This document shows positions 1-10,357 of a stretch of 64,000 nt of DNA, piece after piece; position 1 is the stretch's first letter; each line of letters starts with the position of its first letter. The stretch lies in NCBI GenBank assembly GCA_963779415.1, contig CAVZYA010000001.1, forward strand, positions 2,080,001 through 2,144,000, written 5' to 3'. The position numbers were made by a program, and so were the translations under genes. The notes beneath the pieces were generated by a model. It worked only from the letters and a program-made list of their open reading frames with translations, did not search any database and had not been told where the DNA came from. This DNA is from an uncultured Acidobacteriota bacterium. Its GTDB lineage: Bacteria > Acidobacteriota > Thermoanaerobaculia > UBA5066.

Positions 1-1425
1 GCTTCGGCGCGAAGGCCCGCGGCTCGCCGAAGAGGTCGCCCGCGGTGACGAGGAGGAGCCCCGCCGCGCGGAAGAGGAAGCCCGAGGCGGGCCCCCCCTC
101 CGCGATCCGGCACCCGCCGGGGGCGAGCGGCGAGACCGCGTCCGTCGCGTGGTCGATCCCGTACTCGGTGAAGAGCCGCTCCACGTGCTCTCGCGCCCCT
201 TTCGACGGCGCGGCGACGACGACCGAGAGCCCCTCCCGCCTCGCGCGGACGATCTCCTTCGCGGCGTCGGGGAGCCGGTCCTCGAAGGAGACGATCGACT
301 CGGCGCCCAAAGCGAGGACGTCCCCGGCGGGGACCGCCGGCGCGAGGGCGAGGAGCGTCCGGGCCGCGAGGTCGGCCGCCACGCGGTCCGGGTCTCCCGC
401 GAGGCGGATCGGGTCGGGGACGGCGCGCCCGGCCTCGCGCGCGCTCTCGTAGTCGAGGCGCAGGAGGTCCGCCGCCGCGGCGAGCTCCTGCGCCACGGCA
501 TCCGGGTCGTCGGCCGCGAGGACGAAGCCGCGCGCGTGGTCGAGGACGTGCGCCGTCGCGACCCCTTCGGCAAGAAGCGGAAGCAGCTCCTCGAGGCCGT
601 CGCTCTTTCGGGCGAGGGCGACGTCCCGGGGAAGCGGCGGCTCGTCCTCGGCCGTCCGGCAGGCATCGAGGACGCGCCGCGCCGCCGCGCGGGTCTCCTC
701 CGTGTCTCGTCGTCGCCGCCATCGGCGGAAGAAGGACGGCGGCGAGAGAGCCCGTCGACCGCTGCGTGTCGGGGTCGAACGTCCGGATCGAGGCGACGCG
801 GTCGCCGTCCAGCTCGATCCGGACCGGTTCGGGAAGGTGCGGTGGGAAGACGTCCACGAGGCCGCCACGCACCGCCACGTCGCCGCACTCCGTCACGAGG
901 TCGGCCCGGAGATACCCCTCCGAGAGGAGCGGCGAAAGAAGGCGCGCCGGCGAAAGCTCGTCTCCCCCGGAGACGCGCATCCCCCGCCGGGCGAACTCCT
1001 CGGGGAGCGGGAGGATCCGGAGGAGCGCGCGCGCCGGGACGACGAGGACGTCCGGCTCGGCGAGGAGGAGACGGGCGAGCGCGCCGAACTCCTCGCGGCG
1101 CACTTTGAGCGACGGCGCGATTCCCTGATACGGCGTCAGCGACGGCGCCGGAAAGTACGCCACGCGCGCGGCGCCGAGGACCGCCTCGGCGTCGCGCCGG
1201 AAGGCGAGCGCGTCGCGCTCGTGCGCGAAGACGGCGGCGACGCGGAGGCCGAGGGGTACGGCCGCGGCGTCGAGAAGGTACGGCAGGAGCCCCGGCGGAG
1301 CCCCGACGAGCGACACGACGCCCTCCCGCGTCCCGAGGACCCCCTCCTCGAGCCGCGCCGTGAGGCGCGCCACCGGCTCCGCGGCGGCGATCGCGTCGAC
1401 GAGCGGGTCTCCCCCGCCGCTGCAC
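1..1425 (-). CDS. mfd: Transcription-repair coupling factor Mfd, 5' part (runs off the window edge; apparent frameshift near 705-712)
   Basis: Manual reverse translation gives GYLRADLVTECGDVAVRGGLVDVFPPHLPEPVRIELDGDRVASIRTFDPDTQRS (UvrB-homology/RID region of Mfd). After a one-base shift it continues GLEELLPLL...VLDHARG. Start is uncertain: GTG 1425 is in frame only if the G run before GACCCG is one base shorter. Confidence 0.85.
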   Translation of the reverse strand, partial: MQRRGRPARRRDRRRGAGGAPHGAARGGGPRDAGGRRVARRGSAGAPAVPSRRRGRTPRPPRRRRLRARARRARLPARRRGGPRRRARGVLSGAVADAVSGNRAVAQSAPRGVRRARPSPPRRAGRPRRPGARAPPDPPAPRGVRPAGDARLRGRRAFAGAPSFAAPLGGVSPGRPRDGVRRRGGAWRPRGRLPTAPSRTGPDRAGRRPRRLDPDVRPRHAAVDGLSRRRPSSADGGDDETRRRPARRRGASSMPAGRPRTSRRFPGTSPSPERATASRSCFRFLPKGSRRRTSSTTRAASSSRPTTRMPWRRSSPRRRTSCASTTRARARPGAPSPTRSASRETRTAWRPTSRPGRSSPSRRRSPPGTSSLWAPSRSSPSRTGSPTPRRRSSARGGRGSRSSSPRRRKGRESTWSGSSPSTGSTTRRTRSRRSPPAGAGSRRGGPPRASSSARRGSSSSPRATSSASRGPSRRS

Positions 1426-1474
1426 GGAGGGATTATGACGGCGGCGGTAGACTTCCGCCCGCCTGGGCTTCGCG

Positions 1475-2021
1475 TTGAGACGCACTCTCCTTCCGACGCT
1501 CGCCGCCTTCCTCCTTCCCGCGCTGCCGCCTTCGACCGCCGCTGCCGGATGCGGCTACGACGGGATGCTCGCGGGGGACGGCGTGACGGTCCGCGTCGCC
1601 GTCCCGGAGAAGGAGCTCTGCTCGATCGGGACTTACACCGTCACGTTCACGCGGAAGGGAGCCCCCCCGCAGGTCGTGAAGCTGAAGCGGGACGGGACGG
1701 TCTCGAACGTCTTCTTCGAGGACGTGACCGGAGACGGCAAGCGGGACCTCGTCGTCTTCTTCACCTCGGCCGGGAGCGGCGCGTACGGGCGGCTCGACAT
1801 CTGGGAGTGGAAAGTGGACCGGTTCAGGGCGGGGATCGTCTCGGACCTGATGCCCGACCAACGGACGGGCTATCAGGGACACGATCTCTTCACGGCGGCC
1901 GCCGGCGTCCTCCGGCGCCGCATTCCCGCTCTACCGGGAGGGGGACGCGGCCTGCTGCCCGTCGGGCGGGACGGCGGCCTTCCGCTGGGATGCGAAGACG
2001 AACATCTGGGTTCGCGAATAG
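1475..2021 (+). CDS. PliI-family (I-type lysozyme inhibitor)-like secreted protein, with apparent frameshift near 1918-1921
   Basis: Signal peptide; motifs E..SIGTYTV, SAGSGAYG and GYQGHD. In the shifted frame it reads FPLYREGDAACCPSGG...WVRE, stop TAG 2019-2021. Confidence 0.65.
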
Positions 2022-2055
2022 CCCGGCAAGATCCGGAGCCGCCGCACCCTTTTCG

Positions 2056-5000
2056 TCAGGGCAAGGTGACGATGGCGAGGCCCCCCTCCGACACGGTGAA
2101 GCTCCGCTGGGAGCCTCCGGTGACCGAGAGGACGTAGCTTCCGGGGGCGAGGTTGTCGAGCCGCCGGACCGGCGTCGAGACGGCGAAGCTCCCGTCCGCG
2201 CTGAAGAGGTTGAGCGGATACGGCACTCCCGCAGCCGTCACGATCTGCATCCGGGCGGTCCCGCTTGCGAGCGTCTGCGGCCCGGAGTGGATCTCCACGC
2301 TCCCTCCCGGCGTCAGCGAGACCGTGACGGGGGCCGAGGGGACCGTGATCCCCGGGATCGTCGTGACGGCGTAGCCGCTCGCGCTCGCCATCAGCGTGTA
2401 GGTCCCCGGCGGGAGGGACGGGATCTCGCCGAGCCCGTTTCCGTCGAGCGTGATGGCGCCCGTGAAGACGGGGGCGCGGGTGCTGTCGAGGACCCGGGCC
2501 ATCAGCCCGTGAAGAGGGACACCGTAGGCACCGTCCCGGCCGATGACGCCGATCCCCTCGCCCCGGTTCATCTGGAGGGTGAGTCCGTCGGTCCCCTGCT
2601 CGGCCGCCGTGACGTCCTGCTTCGTGAAGACGTAGTCGGGCTTCTGGATGTTCACGGTGTAGCTGACGGGGTCGAGGTCCGTGATCAGAAAGGCTCCGTT
2701 GCTGTCGGTGGTCGCCGACCGGGCCATTCGCCCTCCGGCGGGAGCGGCGTTCGGATCGGCCGTCGCGATCTGGACGACGGCATTCGGGAGCGGCATCGTC
2801 GCCTGCGCGTCCACGACGATCCCCCCGAGCTTCGCCGACGGGAACGCGATGTCGACGGACTGGTCCCCCGAGAGCGTCACCTGCTGGCTCCTCGTCGACC
2901 CGCCGAGGACGTTCGACATCGCCAGGACGTTGTAGGTTCCCGCCGTCAGCCCTTCCATCTGGTACGAGCCGCCGTCGTCCGTTTGCGAGGAAGCCTGCCG
3001 CCCGCCGCCGCCAATCAGGTTCGCGACGACCGTGACGCCCGGAAGAGGCTGGCCGCCTCGGGTCACGCGTCCCGAGAGAGTGAAGCCGGCGTCGAAGACG
3101 ACCTCCGTCTCCACGACCGGCTGGCCGTCGGGCATCTCGACCTGCTTGAGGACACTGCGGGACGAACCGGCGAAGTTTCCAGCCGTCGCGCGGAGGGTCG
3201 CGGTCCCGACCGGAACGCCGGAGAACTGGAAGCGCCCGTCTGCGCCGGTCTTCGTCGTCCCGCCGTACGAATCGGCTCCGCTCACCGTGATCGTCATCCC
3301 GTTCTTCCAGGAATCGGGGATGCCGCTCACGACCCCCTGCAGGGTCGCGCCGGCCGCGATCTGGAGGACGGCGTCGTCGCGTGACTGGCCGTCCTGAAGA
3401 ATGATCGTCTGCGTCTGACTGGACCGGTTCTGGAGCGAAGCGACGAGGCTGTACCGCCCTGACGAGAGGTGATCGAACCGGAAGTGCCCCGAGGCGTCGG
3501 CCACGGCGGACTGCCCGCCGCCGAGCATTCCACGGCCGAAGCCGGTGTCGCCCGCCGACTGGAGGACGACACTGGCCCCCGGGAGGGGCTGCTGCGCGTC
3601 CGAAAGGACCATGCCGCCGAGCGCGCTTCCCGGGGTCAGCTTGATCTCGGCAGTGGCCGTCCCCGCCTTGACGTCGACCGTCTGGGTCGCGTCCGCGTAG
3701 TCCGGATGCTTGACGGTCAGTGAGACCTTTCCGGGGACGAGGCCGTCGAGGAGAAAGGCCCCGTCCGCATCGGTCGTGGTCTCCTCGTCGCTCGTCGCGC
3801 CGGCGAGAAGGGCGAGCGGACCGCCGCCGGCGCCCGCTGTGCTGTGCGTCACGGTGGCGTTCGGAACCGGACTGCCGGAGACCGAGTCGAGAGCGCGCCC
3901 CTTGAGCGTGCTTCCGGGGGAGAGCTTCACCTCGACGTCCGGGACGGTCCCTCCTTCCTCGACGACGACGTTTCCCGCTCGCGCAGGCTGATACCCCTTC
4001 GCGTCGACGACCACGGACCACGTTCCGGGCGGGACGTCGTCGAGCTGGAACGTTCCGTCGTCCGACCGGATCTCGGTCTTCTCTCCGATTCCGGTGACGC
4101 GCTGCCCCGCCACCTGGTTCACGATACGGAAGAGGCCTCCGCCGCCCATCCGCTCCGGTTCATAGGAGATGGTGTACTCGGAGACCGGCTGTCCTGTCCG
4201 CGCGTCGACGGCGCGCCCCGTGATCCGCCCGCTTCCCGCGACGACGATCTCGACGCCGTCGGCCGGCGGGAGGACGTTCTTCCGCGACGGGCCTATTCCC
4301 GGTCCGCCGAAGAGCTGGAGGTCGTACGGCTTTCCGGGCTTGAGTCCCTCGAGGACGAAGAGGCCGTCCGAGCCGGTCGGATTGAGATTCGCTCGTGTGC
4401 GAGGCCCGATGGGCGACGTGCCGGCCTCGCTCGCGACGACCGACCACCCTTCGGCGGGCGCGCCGCTCCGGAGCCGGACGACGCCCGTGATCGCCGCGCC
4501 CGGGCCGAGAGTGACGGCGAGCGCTTCCGGCGAGCCGGTCTCGGGCACCTTCACGGGATCGATCCGCTCGGTGGCATATCCGCTCTTCCGGACAAAGAGC
4601 GTGTAGTCCCCCGGGGAGAATCCGCGGATCTCGAACCGGCCGTCCGCGCTCGTCCTGACGGGCGGGCGCCCGCCCGCTCCGCCAGCGCCCGGGAGGATGT
4701 TGATCCGGGCCGCGGCGCCGCCGCGCCCACCGCGGAAGTTCATCCCCTGCTGGACCTCGGCCTCGGCACCCTCCACGGGATTGCCATCCTTGTCCCGGAC
4801 GACGCCGGTGATGACCGCCCCGCGGTGGAGGACGACGGTCATGGTCGGCGACGTCTGTCCGGGGAGGAGGTTCATCCCGCCGACGGTCGACGCCACGTAA
4901 TCGGGATGGCTGACGGTCAGCCGCTGGTTCTCGCCGGGAGCGAGGCGCGAGGCGCGGAACGTTCCGTCGGCGGCCGACCGGAAGACAGGCGTCACTCCCC

Positions 5001-6261
5001 CCGTCCGGACCTGGCGGAGGAGCGCCGCGAGCCCGGTCATCGTGGCCGGCGCGAGCGCTCCCTGCGCTCCCTTTACGGGCTGTCCGTTCTCGTCCGTGAC
5101 GCGTCCGACGAGCGTGGCACCGGGAACGAGCGGAGCGTCCAGCTTTCTCGACTCTCCGGCGGCGATCTGGATCTCTTTCTTGAAGAGGACGTATCGCGGC
5201 TCGTCGGCCTGGAAGCCCCACGCGCCCGGGAGAATCGGCGCGAGGACGTACCGGCCATCCGGGCCGGAGCGGACCGCACGCCGCAGGTTCCCCCGGCCGA
5301 CGCTCACCTTTGCGCGAGGGACGGCCCGAAGAGTCTTCGCGTCGACGACGCGCCCCTCCAGCGAGGCGGGGGGCGAGAGAGAGACGGTGACGACCTTTCC
5401 CTCCGGAAGGGGAAAGACGAGGCCCGTCGTCTCCCCGAAGCCGGAGGCGCCGGCATCGGCGACGAGCGTTCCTCTTCCGGGCGCGACGTCGGGAATCGTG
5501 AAGCCGCCGTCGGGACCGGCTTCCACCCAGCGTGTCTCGGTCCGCTCCTCGAAGCGGACGAGCGCGCCGGCCGCGCTCTTTCCCGGGAGCGGCCTGACCT
5601 GGCCCGTGAACGCGGCCCCGGCGGAAAGGACGATCGGCCTCAGCAGGGCGCCCGCGCGCGGCAGGCTCTCCGAGAAGGCCGCAAAGCCCGCCTTCTCGAT
5701 CCGGAGAGTGTTCGTGCCGGCGCTCGCGGCGGCGCCGTCGAGACGAAAGGTCCCGTCGGCGCCCGTCGTCGTCGAGACCGGTGCGGGCGAGAGATCGGCG
5801 TCCCCGGGCGTCGTGGCGCGGAGAGTCACGGAGGCCCCCGCGACCGGCTGCCCGGAGCGGTTCACGACCGTCCCGGCGAGCACGACGCCCGACGCGAGGA
5901 CGTGCTCGCCGAGGTCGGCAGATTCCGACGACTCGAAGACGCCGTCGAACTCCACCGCCCGGATTCCCCCTCCGGCCATCCGGACGACGACGCTCTTCGG
6001 CGGGTCGGCGGCGATCGCAAGAGCGAAGCTCCCGTCCGTGCCCGTGACCGTGCTCGTCACGGCTTTCGGCTCCTCGCCCCCTCTCGCCTGCCGTCGGGCG
6101 GCGTCGAGAGGAGGCTCGTAGGGAACGGCGAAGACGGAGATGCCCGCTGCCGGTTTCTGGTCGAGGACGAGGTGCCCCCGGATTTCGCCGGCGTGGGCCG
6201 GAGAAGCCGCGAGAGCAACGAGGACGGCGACAAGCGGAAACGCAAACCGGCGCGCCTGCAT
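2056..6261 (-). CDS. Large secreted protein with many carboxypeptidase-regulatory-like (beta-sandwich) repeats, 1401 aa
   Basis: ATG 6261 with GGAGGGG upstream and signal peptide MQARRFAFPLVAVLVALAASPAHA. Recurrent G.V.D..G.PV.GA.V ... T..DG.F.L..L.PG.Y.L units throughout. Confidence 0.85.
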   Translation of the reverse strand: MQARRFAFPLVAVLVALAASPAHAGEIRGHLVLDQKPAAGISVFAVPYEPPLDAARRQARGGEEPKAVTSTVTGTDGSFALAIAADPPKSVVVRMAGGGIRAVEFDGVFESSESADLGEHVLASGVVLAGTVVNRSGQPVAGASVTLRATTPGDADLSPAPVSTTTGADGTFRLDGAAASAGTNTLRIEKAGFAAFSESLPRAGALLRPIVLSAGAAFTGQVRPLPGKSAAGALVRFEERTETRWVEAGPDGGFTIPDVAPGRGTLVADAGASGFGETTGLVFPLPEGKVVTVSLSPPASLEGRVVDAKTLRAVPRAKVSVGRGNLRRAVRSGPDGRYVLAPILPGAWGFQADEPRYVLFKKEIQIAAGESRKLDAPLVPGATLVGRVTDENGQPVKGAQGALAPATMTGLAALLRQVRTGGVTPVFRSAADGTFRASRLAPGENQRLTVSHPDYVASTVGGMNLLPGQTSPTMTVVLHRGAVITGVVRDKDGNPVEGAEAEVQQGMNFRGGRGGAAARINILPGAGGAGGRPPVRTSADGRFEIRGFSPGDYTLFVRKSGYATERIDPVKVPETGSPEALAVTLGPGAAITGVVRLRSGAPAEGWSVVASEAGTSPIGPRTRANLNPTGSDGLFVLEGLKPGKPYDLQLFGGPGIGPSRKNVLPPADGVEIVVAGSGRITGRAVDARTGQPVSEYTISYEPERMGGGGLFRIVNQVAGQRVTGIGEKTEIRSDDGTFQLDDVPPGTWSVVVDAKGYQPARAGNVVVEEGGTVPDVEVKLSPGSTLKGRALDSVSGSPVPNATVTHSTAGAGGGPLALLAGATSDEETTTDADGAFLLDGLVPGKVSLTVKHPDYADATQTVDVKAGTATAEIKLTPGSALGGMVLSDAQQPLPGASVVLQSAGDTGFGRGMLGGGQSAVADASGHFRFDHLSSGRYSLVASLQNRSSQTQTIILQDGQSRDDAVLQIAAGATLQGVVSGIPDSWKNGMTITVSGADSYGGTTKTGADGRFQFSGVPVGTATLRATAGNFAGSSRSVLKQVEMPDGQPVVETEVVFDAGFTLSGRVTRGGQPLPGVTVVANLIGGGGRQASSQTDDGGSYQMEGLTAGTYNVLAMSNVLGGSTRSQQVTLSGDQSVDIAFPSAKLGGIVVDAQATMPLPNAVVQIATADPNAAPAGGRMARSATTDSNGAFLITDLDPVSYTVNIQKPDYVFTKQDVTAAEQGTDGLTLQMNRGEGIGVIGRDGAYGVPLHGLMARVLDSTRAPVFTGAITLDGNGLGEIPSLPPGTYTLMASASGYAVTTIPGITVPSAPVTVSLTPGGSVEIHSGPQTLASGTARMQIVTAAGVPYPLNLFSADGSFAVSTPVRRLDNLAPGSYVLSVTGGSQRSFTVSEGGLAIVTLP

Positions 6262-6330
6262 CACGGAAGACCCCCTCCGTCTGAAGTATGGACGCGGGAA
6301 CCAGCCCCGAGGTTGCGGTCTAATCCAGGG

Positions 6331-7239
6331 GTGCGGCGCTCCTACTCCCCTCCGGGCGACCTCTTGAGAATCGAGGCCGACGACCGCCGCCTGCACGATC
6401 TCGCGAGCCGGCTCTGGGAAGCCGCGAACGAAGGGCCGGGCGCCATCGAGTTCCGGATCGAGTCGTTCGAGGGAGCGGCACCCGACGAGAAGGCGGAGCG
6501 TTCGGTGACCTGGTCACGTGCCCCGCGCGCCTTCCGCGTGGCCGCTCCCGGGCTCGTCGACCTCCGGATCGATCTCGACGCCGCCCGCGTCTCCGGACGC
6601 GTCTCGTCGAAGCTCCTCTCCGAGGCGCCCGACCTCGCCTCCCGCACGGTCCTCGAGGCCCCCGCGGCCGTCCTTCTCGGAGAGCGCGGGTGGCAGATCG
6701 TGCATGCCGGCGCCGCCGTTGGCCGGCGTGGTGCCGTCGTCCTCCGGGGCGCCGCGGGAGCCGGCAAGTCGACCCTCATCGCCGCCCTCCACGCCGCCAG
6801 GCTCTCCATCCTCACTGACGAGAGCCTCTTCGTCTCGCGGGTCGATCCGGTCCGGATCGCCGCCGCCGTCCGGGACCTGACGCTCCTCCCGGAGAGCCTC
6901 TCCCTCCTCCCCTCCGGCACCCGGACCCGTTGGGCTTTCTCGGGGGGCGAGGTCAAGCAGCGAATCGACCTCTTCTCCGAGAGCGTGCCGCACCTGCGCG
7001 AGGCGCGACTCGCCGCCGCCGTCCTCCTCGGAGACCGGAACCGGACCCCGGCCCTGCTCGTCCCCCTTTCGCCCGAGGAGTTCGAGGACGCCTTCCGCGA
7101 CGGCGAGATCCCACGCGAGCGCGAAACCGGAGATACCGGCTTCGTGGCCCGCGCCTGGGGACGCCGGGGAGGATTCCGCCTCGACGGGGCCCGGGACCTC
7201 GCCGGGGCGGTCTCGATCCTGGAAACCATCATGCGATAA
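6331..7239 (+). CDS. HPr kinase-like P-loop ATPase/kinase (HprK-related)
   Basis: C-terminal part of ORF 3844..7239: IVHAGAAV...VVLRGAAGAGKSTL (Walker A)...ILTDE. Start placed at GTG 6331, 6 nt after TCTAAT. Confidence 0.75.
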   Translation: MRRSYSPPGDLLRIEADDRRLHDLASRLWEAANEGPGAIEFRIESFEGAAPDEKAERSVTWSRAPRAFRVAAPGLVDLRIDLDAARVSGRVSSKLLSEAPDLASRTVLEAPAAVLLGERGWQIVHAGAAVGRRGAVVLRGAAGAGKSTLIAALHAARLSILTDESLFVSRVDPVRIAAAVRDLTLLPESLSLLPSGTRTRWAFSGGEVKQRIDLFSESVPHLREARLAAAVLLGDRNRTPALLVPLSPEEFEDAFRDGEIPRERETGDTGFVARAWGRRGGFRLDGARDLAGAVSILETIMR

Positions 7240-7256
7240 GATTGAGACAGGGTCTC

Positions 7257-8726
7257 ATGCGGACAGGCCGCCGTGTCCTTCTCGCGCATTCCTTCTTCGT
7301 CGCTCTCGACGCGAAGCAGACGAGGAAGATGAAGCCCTACCCGCCGCTCGCCACCCTGATCGCGGCCTCGGTCCTTCGTGAGGCCGGGGACAGGGTCTCG
7401 CTCTTCGACGCCACCCTCTCGTCCGGCGAGGAGGAGTTCGGAAGTGCGCTCGGGACGGTGAAGCCGGACGTGGTCGGCCTCCTCGAGGACAACTTCAACT
7501 TCCTGACGAAGATGTGCACCACCCGGATGCGGGAGGCCGCGCTACGGATGATCCGGATGGCGAGGGAGGCCCGCGTCCCGATCGTGGTGAACGGATCGGA
7601 CGCCTCGGACCGGCCGGAGATCTACCTCGGGGCGGGGGCCGACGCCGTGATCCTGGGGGAGACGGAACGGACGCTGCCCGAGCTTCTCGACGCGCTCTCG
7701 GGAGGCTCCTCCCGCGACCTCAGCGGGCTCGCCGGCCTCGCTCTCCCCGGGCCTTCCGGGACCGTCTCGCGGACCGCGCCGCGCCCGTTCGTGAACGATC
7801 TCGATGCTTTGCCGCTGCCGGCCTGGGACCTCGTCGACGTCACCAGGTACCGATTGGCCTGGGAAGCCGCGCACGGCCGTCTCTCCTGGAATGTCGTCAC
7901 GACACGCGGCTGCCCGTTCCACTGCAACTGGTGCGCGAAGCCGCTCTACGGCGTCCGCTACGCGCAGCGAAGCCCGGGCGCCGTGGCGAAGGAGCTGCTC
8001 CGGCTGAAAGGGTTCGTCGACCCCGGCCACATCTGGTTCGCCGACGACATCTTCGGCCTGACGCCGCGCTGGATCGAGTCGTTCGCCGAGGAGGTCTCCG
8101 CGCGGGGCGCGAGGATTCCTTTCACGATGCAGTCCCGCGCCGATCTGATGACCCCCTCCGCCGTGGCCGCTCTCGCCGCATCCGGGTGTGAGGAGGTCTG
8201 GATGGGGGTCGAGTCGGGCTCGCAGAAGATCCTCGATGCGATGGACAAGGGGATCCGCGTCGGGCAGGTCCGCCGCGCCACCCGTCTTCTCCGGGAACGC
8301 GGCATACGGGTGGGCTGGTTCCTTCAGCTCGGCTATTCCGGCGAGGTGTGGGAGGACCTGCTCGAGACGCGCGATCTGCTCCGCTCCGAGCGCCCCGACG
8401 ACATCGGGGTCTCGGTCGCGTATCCGCTCCCCGGCACCCTGTTCCACGAGCGGGTGAAGGCGCAGCTCACGGCCCGGACGAACTGGACGAACACCGACGA
8501 TCTCGCCATGCTCTTCGAAGGGACGTATTCGAGCGATTTCTACCGACAGGTGCGGGATCTCCTCCACGCCGAGGCCTTCGCCTTCAAGGCGCCGCACTCC
8601 GATCTCGCGGCCGCGGGGATCGACGCCGCCTGGGCCGATCTGGGACGTCAGGAGGCCGCGGACCGCTCCCGCCGTTCCGGCCGGCGCGAGGAGGGACTCC
8701 TCAGGGCGGCCGGCGGCGGTCCTTGA
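7257..8726 (+). CDS. B12-binding domain radical SAM protein
   Basis: N-terminal PYPPLATL cobalamin-binding-type domain; TRGCPFHCNWC (CxxxCxxC); FADDIFG; MGVESGSQKIL; YPLPGT. Confidence 0.92.
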   Translation: MRTGRRVLLAHSFFVALDAKQTRKMKPYPPLATLIAASVLREAGDRVSLFDATLSSGEEEFGSALGTVKPDVVGLLEDNFNFLTKMCTTRMREAALRMIRMAREARVPIVVNGSDASDRPEIYLGAGADAVILGETERTLPELLDALSGGSSRDLSGLAGLALPGPSGTVSRTAPRPFVNDLDALPLPAWDLVDVTRYRLAWEAAHGRLSWNVVTTRGCPFHCNWCAKPLYGVRYAQRSPGAVAKELLRLKGFVDPGHIWFADDIFGLTPRWIESFAEEVSARGARIPFTMQSRADLMTPSAVAALAASGCEEVWMGVESGSQKILDAMDKGIRVGQVRRATRLLRERGIRVGWFLQLGYSGEVWEDLLETRDLLRSERPDDIGVSVAYPLPGTLFHERVKAQLTARTNWTNTDDLAMLFEGTYSSDFYRQVRDLLHAEAFAFKAPHSDLAAAGIDAAWADLGRQEAADRSRRSGRREEGLLRAAGGGP

Positions 8727-9547
8727 CCTCCGCCGGCCTCTCCCCGGCCATTCGCGCCTTCGAGGCGGTGGCCGACGTCTTCGACGAGCGATTCGGCGCG
8801 TGGGCAAGCGTCGCCGCCCAGCGCCGCGCCGTCCGCCGCGAGCTCATGGCCGCGTTTCCCGAAGGCTCCCGACTTCTCGAGCTGGGGGGAGGAACGGGAG
8901 AGGACGCGCTCTTCCTCGCGACGCGCGGTCGGAGGATCCTCGTCACGGATGGGGCTCCGCGCATGGTCGAAAGGACTCGGCGCAAAGCGACCGAGGCCGG
9001 CCTCGGGGACCGGGTCGAGGCGGAGGCCGTCGCCATCGAGGATCTGCAGGAGTTCGCCTGCCGGCGCGCTGGCGAAGGCGCGCCGGCGTTCTCGGGCGCG
9101 TACTCGAACTTCGCGTCGCTCAACTGCGTCGCCGACCTTTCCGCCGCCGGAAGGGCCCTCGCGGCTCTTCTCGCCCCCGGCAGCCGCGTCCTTCTCGTCG
9201 TCTTCGGCCCGTGGGCTCCGGGCGAGATCCTCACGCTCCTCCTCCAAGGCCAGCCACGAGCCGCCTTCCGGCGCTTCTCGCGCGGCCCTGTCGCCGCGCG
9301 GCTGGGAGGGCAAGAGTTCATCGTCTCCTATCCGCGCCCGCGTGACTTCGCCCGAGCTTTCGCTCCCTCGTTCCGGCTCCGGCGCGTCGTCGGCATCGGC
9401 GTTTTCGTCCCCCCCAGCTCCGCGGAGCCGGCGATCTCCCGCTGGCCGCGCCTTCTCTCGGCTCTCGAGGCGCTCGACCGCGTCGCGGCGCGCCCGCTCG
9501 CACGCCTCGGCGACCACGTTCTCCTCGATTTCGAGAAGGTGGCATGA
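8723..9547 (+). CDS. Class I SAM-dependent methyltransferase
   Basis: LLELGGGTGEDA motif I and SNFASLNCV. TTGA overlap with the upstream stop. Confidence 0.88.
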   Translation: MTSAGLSPAIRAFEAVADVFDERFGAWASVAAQRRAVRRELMAAFPEGSRLLELGGGTGEDALFLATRGRRILVTDGAPRMVERTRRKATEAGLGDRVEAEAVAIEDLQEFACRRAGEGAPAFSGAYSNFASLNCVADLSAAGRALAALLAPGSRVLLVVFGPWAPGEILTLLLQGQPRAAFRRFSRGPVAARLGGQEFIVSYPRPRDFARAFAPSFRLRRVVGIGVFVPPSSAEPAISRWPRLLSALEALDRVAARPLARLGDHVLLDFEKVA

Positions 9548-10350
9548 CCGGCTCGCCGTCGCCTCGGGAACGATGGGAGCGCGCCTACGCGGAGCTGCGC
9601 GAGAGGGAGGGGCGGTCCGATCCGGAGGCCCTCCTCACCCGGCCGTATCTGACGAAAGGTCCGCTCGCGGCGCAGTGGCGGATCCGCGCGCGGACGTACG
9701 ACCGCTTCGTCGCCGCGGTCCTCGCCCCGCTCGAACGGACGACGGGACGTCCGCTCTCCATCCTCGACCTCGGTGCCGGCGACGGATGGCTCGCGGCCCG
9801 GATGGCCGGGCGGGGCCACCGCGCGGTCGCCCTCGACGTCCGGCTGGACGCGGTCGACGGCCTCGCCGCGGGCGCTCTTCTGGCACGTCGGAGCGCCCGA
9901 CGTTTCGGCCGCGTCGCCGCCTCCTTCGAGGCTCTCCCGGTGTCCGGGGCGGCCTTCGATCTCGCCGTCTTCAACGCATCGATCCACTATGCCGCCGATC
10001 TCTTCCCCGTTCTTTCCGAGGCGTGCCGCGCCGTCCGGAGGGGGGGGCGGATCGCCCTTCTCGACTCGCCGTTCTATCGGAGCGCGGAGGCGGGAGAGGC
10101 GATGGTGAGACAGAAGGAGCAGCGGACGCGCGAGACGCTTCCGGATCTCGCCGACGGCCTCCTGGCGCGCCCCTCGATCGAATACCTCACCCGCGAGCGG
10201 CTCGCCGCGGCGGCCGCGACGTCGGATCTCGCGTTTCGCCGGATCCACGTCCGCTACCCCCTCTCGTACGAGCTTCGGGGCGTACGCGCCCTCCTCCGCC
10301 GCGAGAGGCCGCCGTCGCGATTCGACCTCTGGGTCGCGGACGTCGCGTGA
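9544..10350 (+). CDS. Class I SAM-dependent methyltransferase
   Basis: ILDLGAGDGW motif I and FDLAVFNASIHY. ATGA overlap. Confidence 0.88.
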   Translation: MTGSPSPRERWERAYAELREREGRSDPEALLTRPYLTKGPLAAQWRIRARTYDRFVAAVLAPLERTTGRPLSILDLGAGDGWLAARMAGRGHRAVALDVRLDAVDGLAAGALLARRSARRFGRVAASFEALPVSGAAFDLAVFNASIHYAADLFPVLSEACRAVRRGGRIALLDSPFYRSAEAGEAMVRQKEQRTRETLPDLADGLLARPSIEYLTRERLAAAAATSDLAFRRIHVRYPLSYELRGVRALLRRERPPSRFDLWVADVA

Positions 10351-10357
10351 GCCGCCC

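Noticed and set aside
7243-7257. TGAGAC-N3-GTCTCA inverted repeat over the first radical SAM start (also TGACGCGTCA at 31364-31373)
   Set aside because: Short single occurrences with no cognate regulator nearby; insufficient support.
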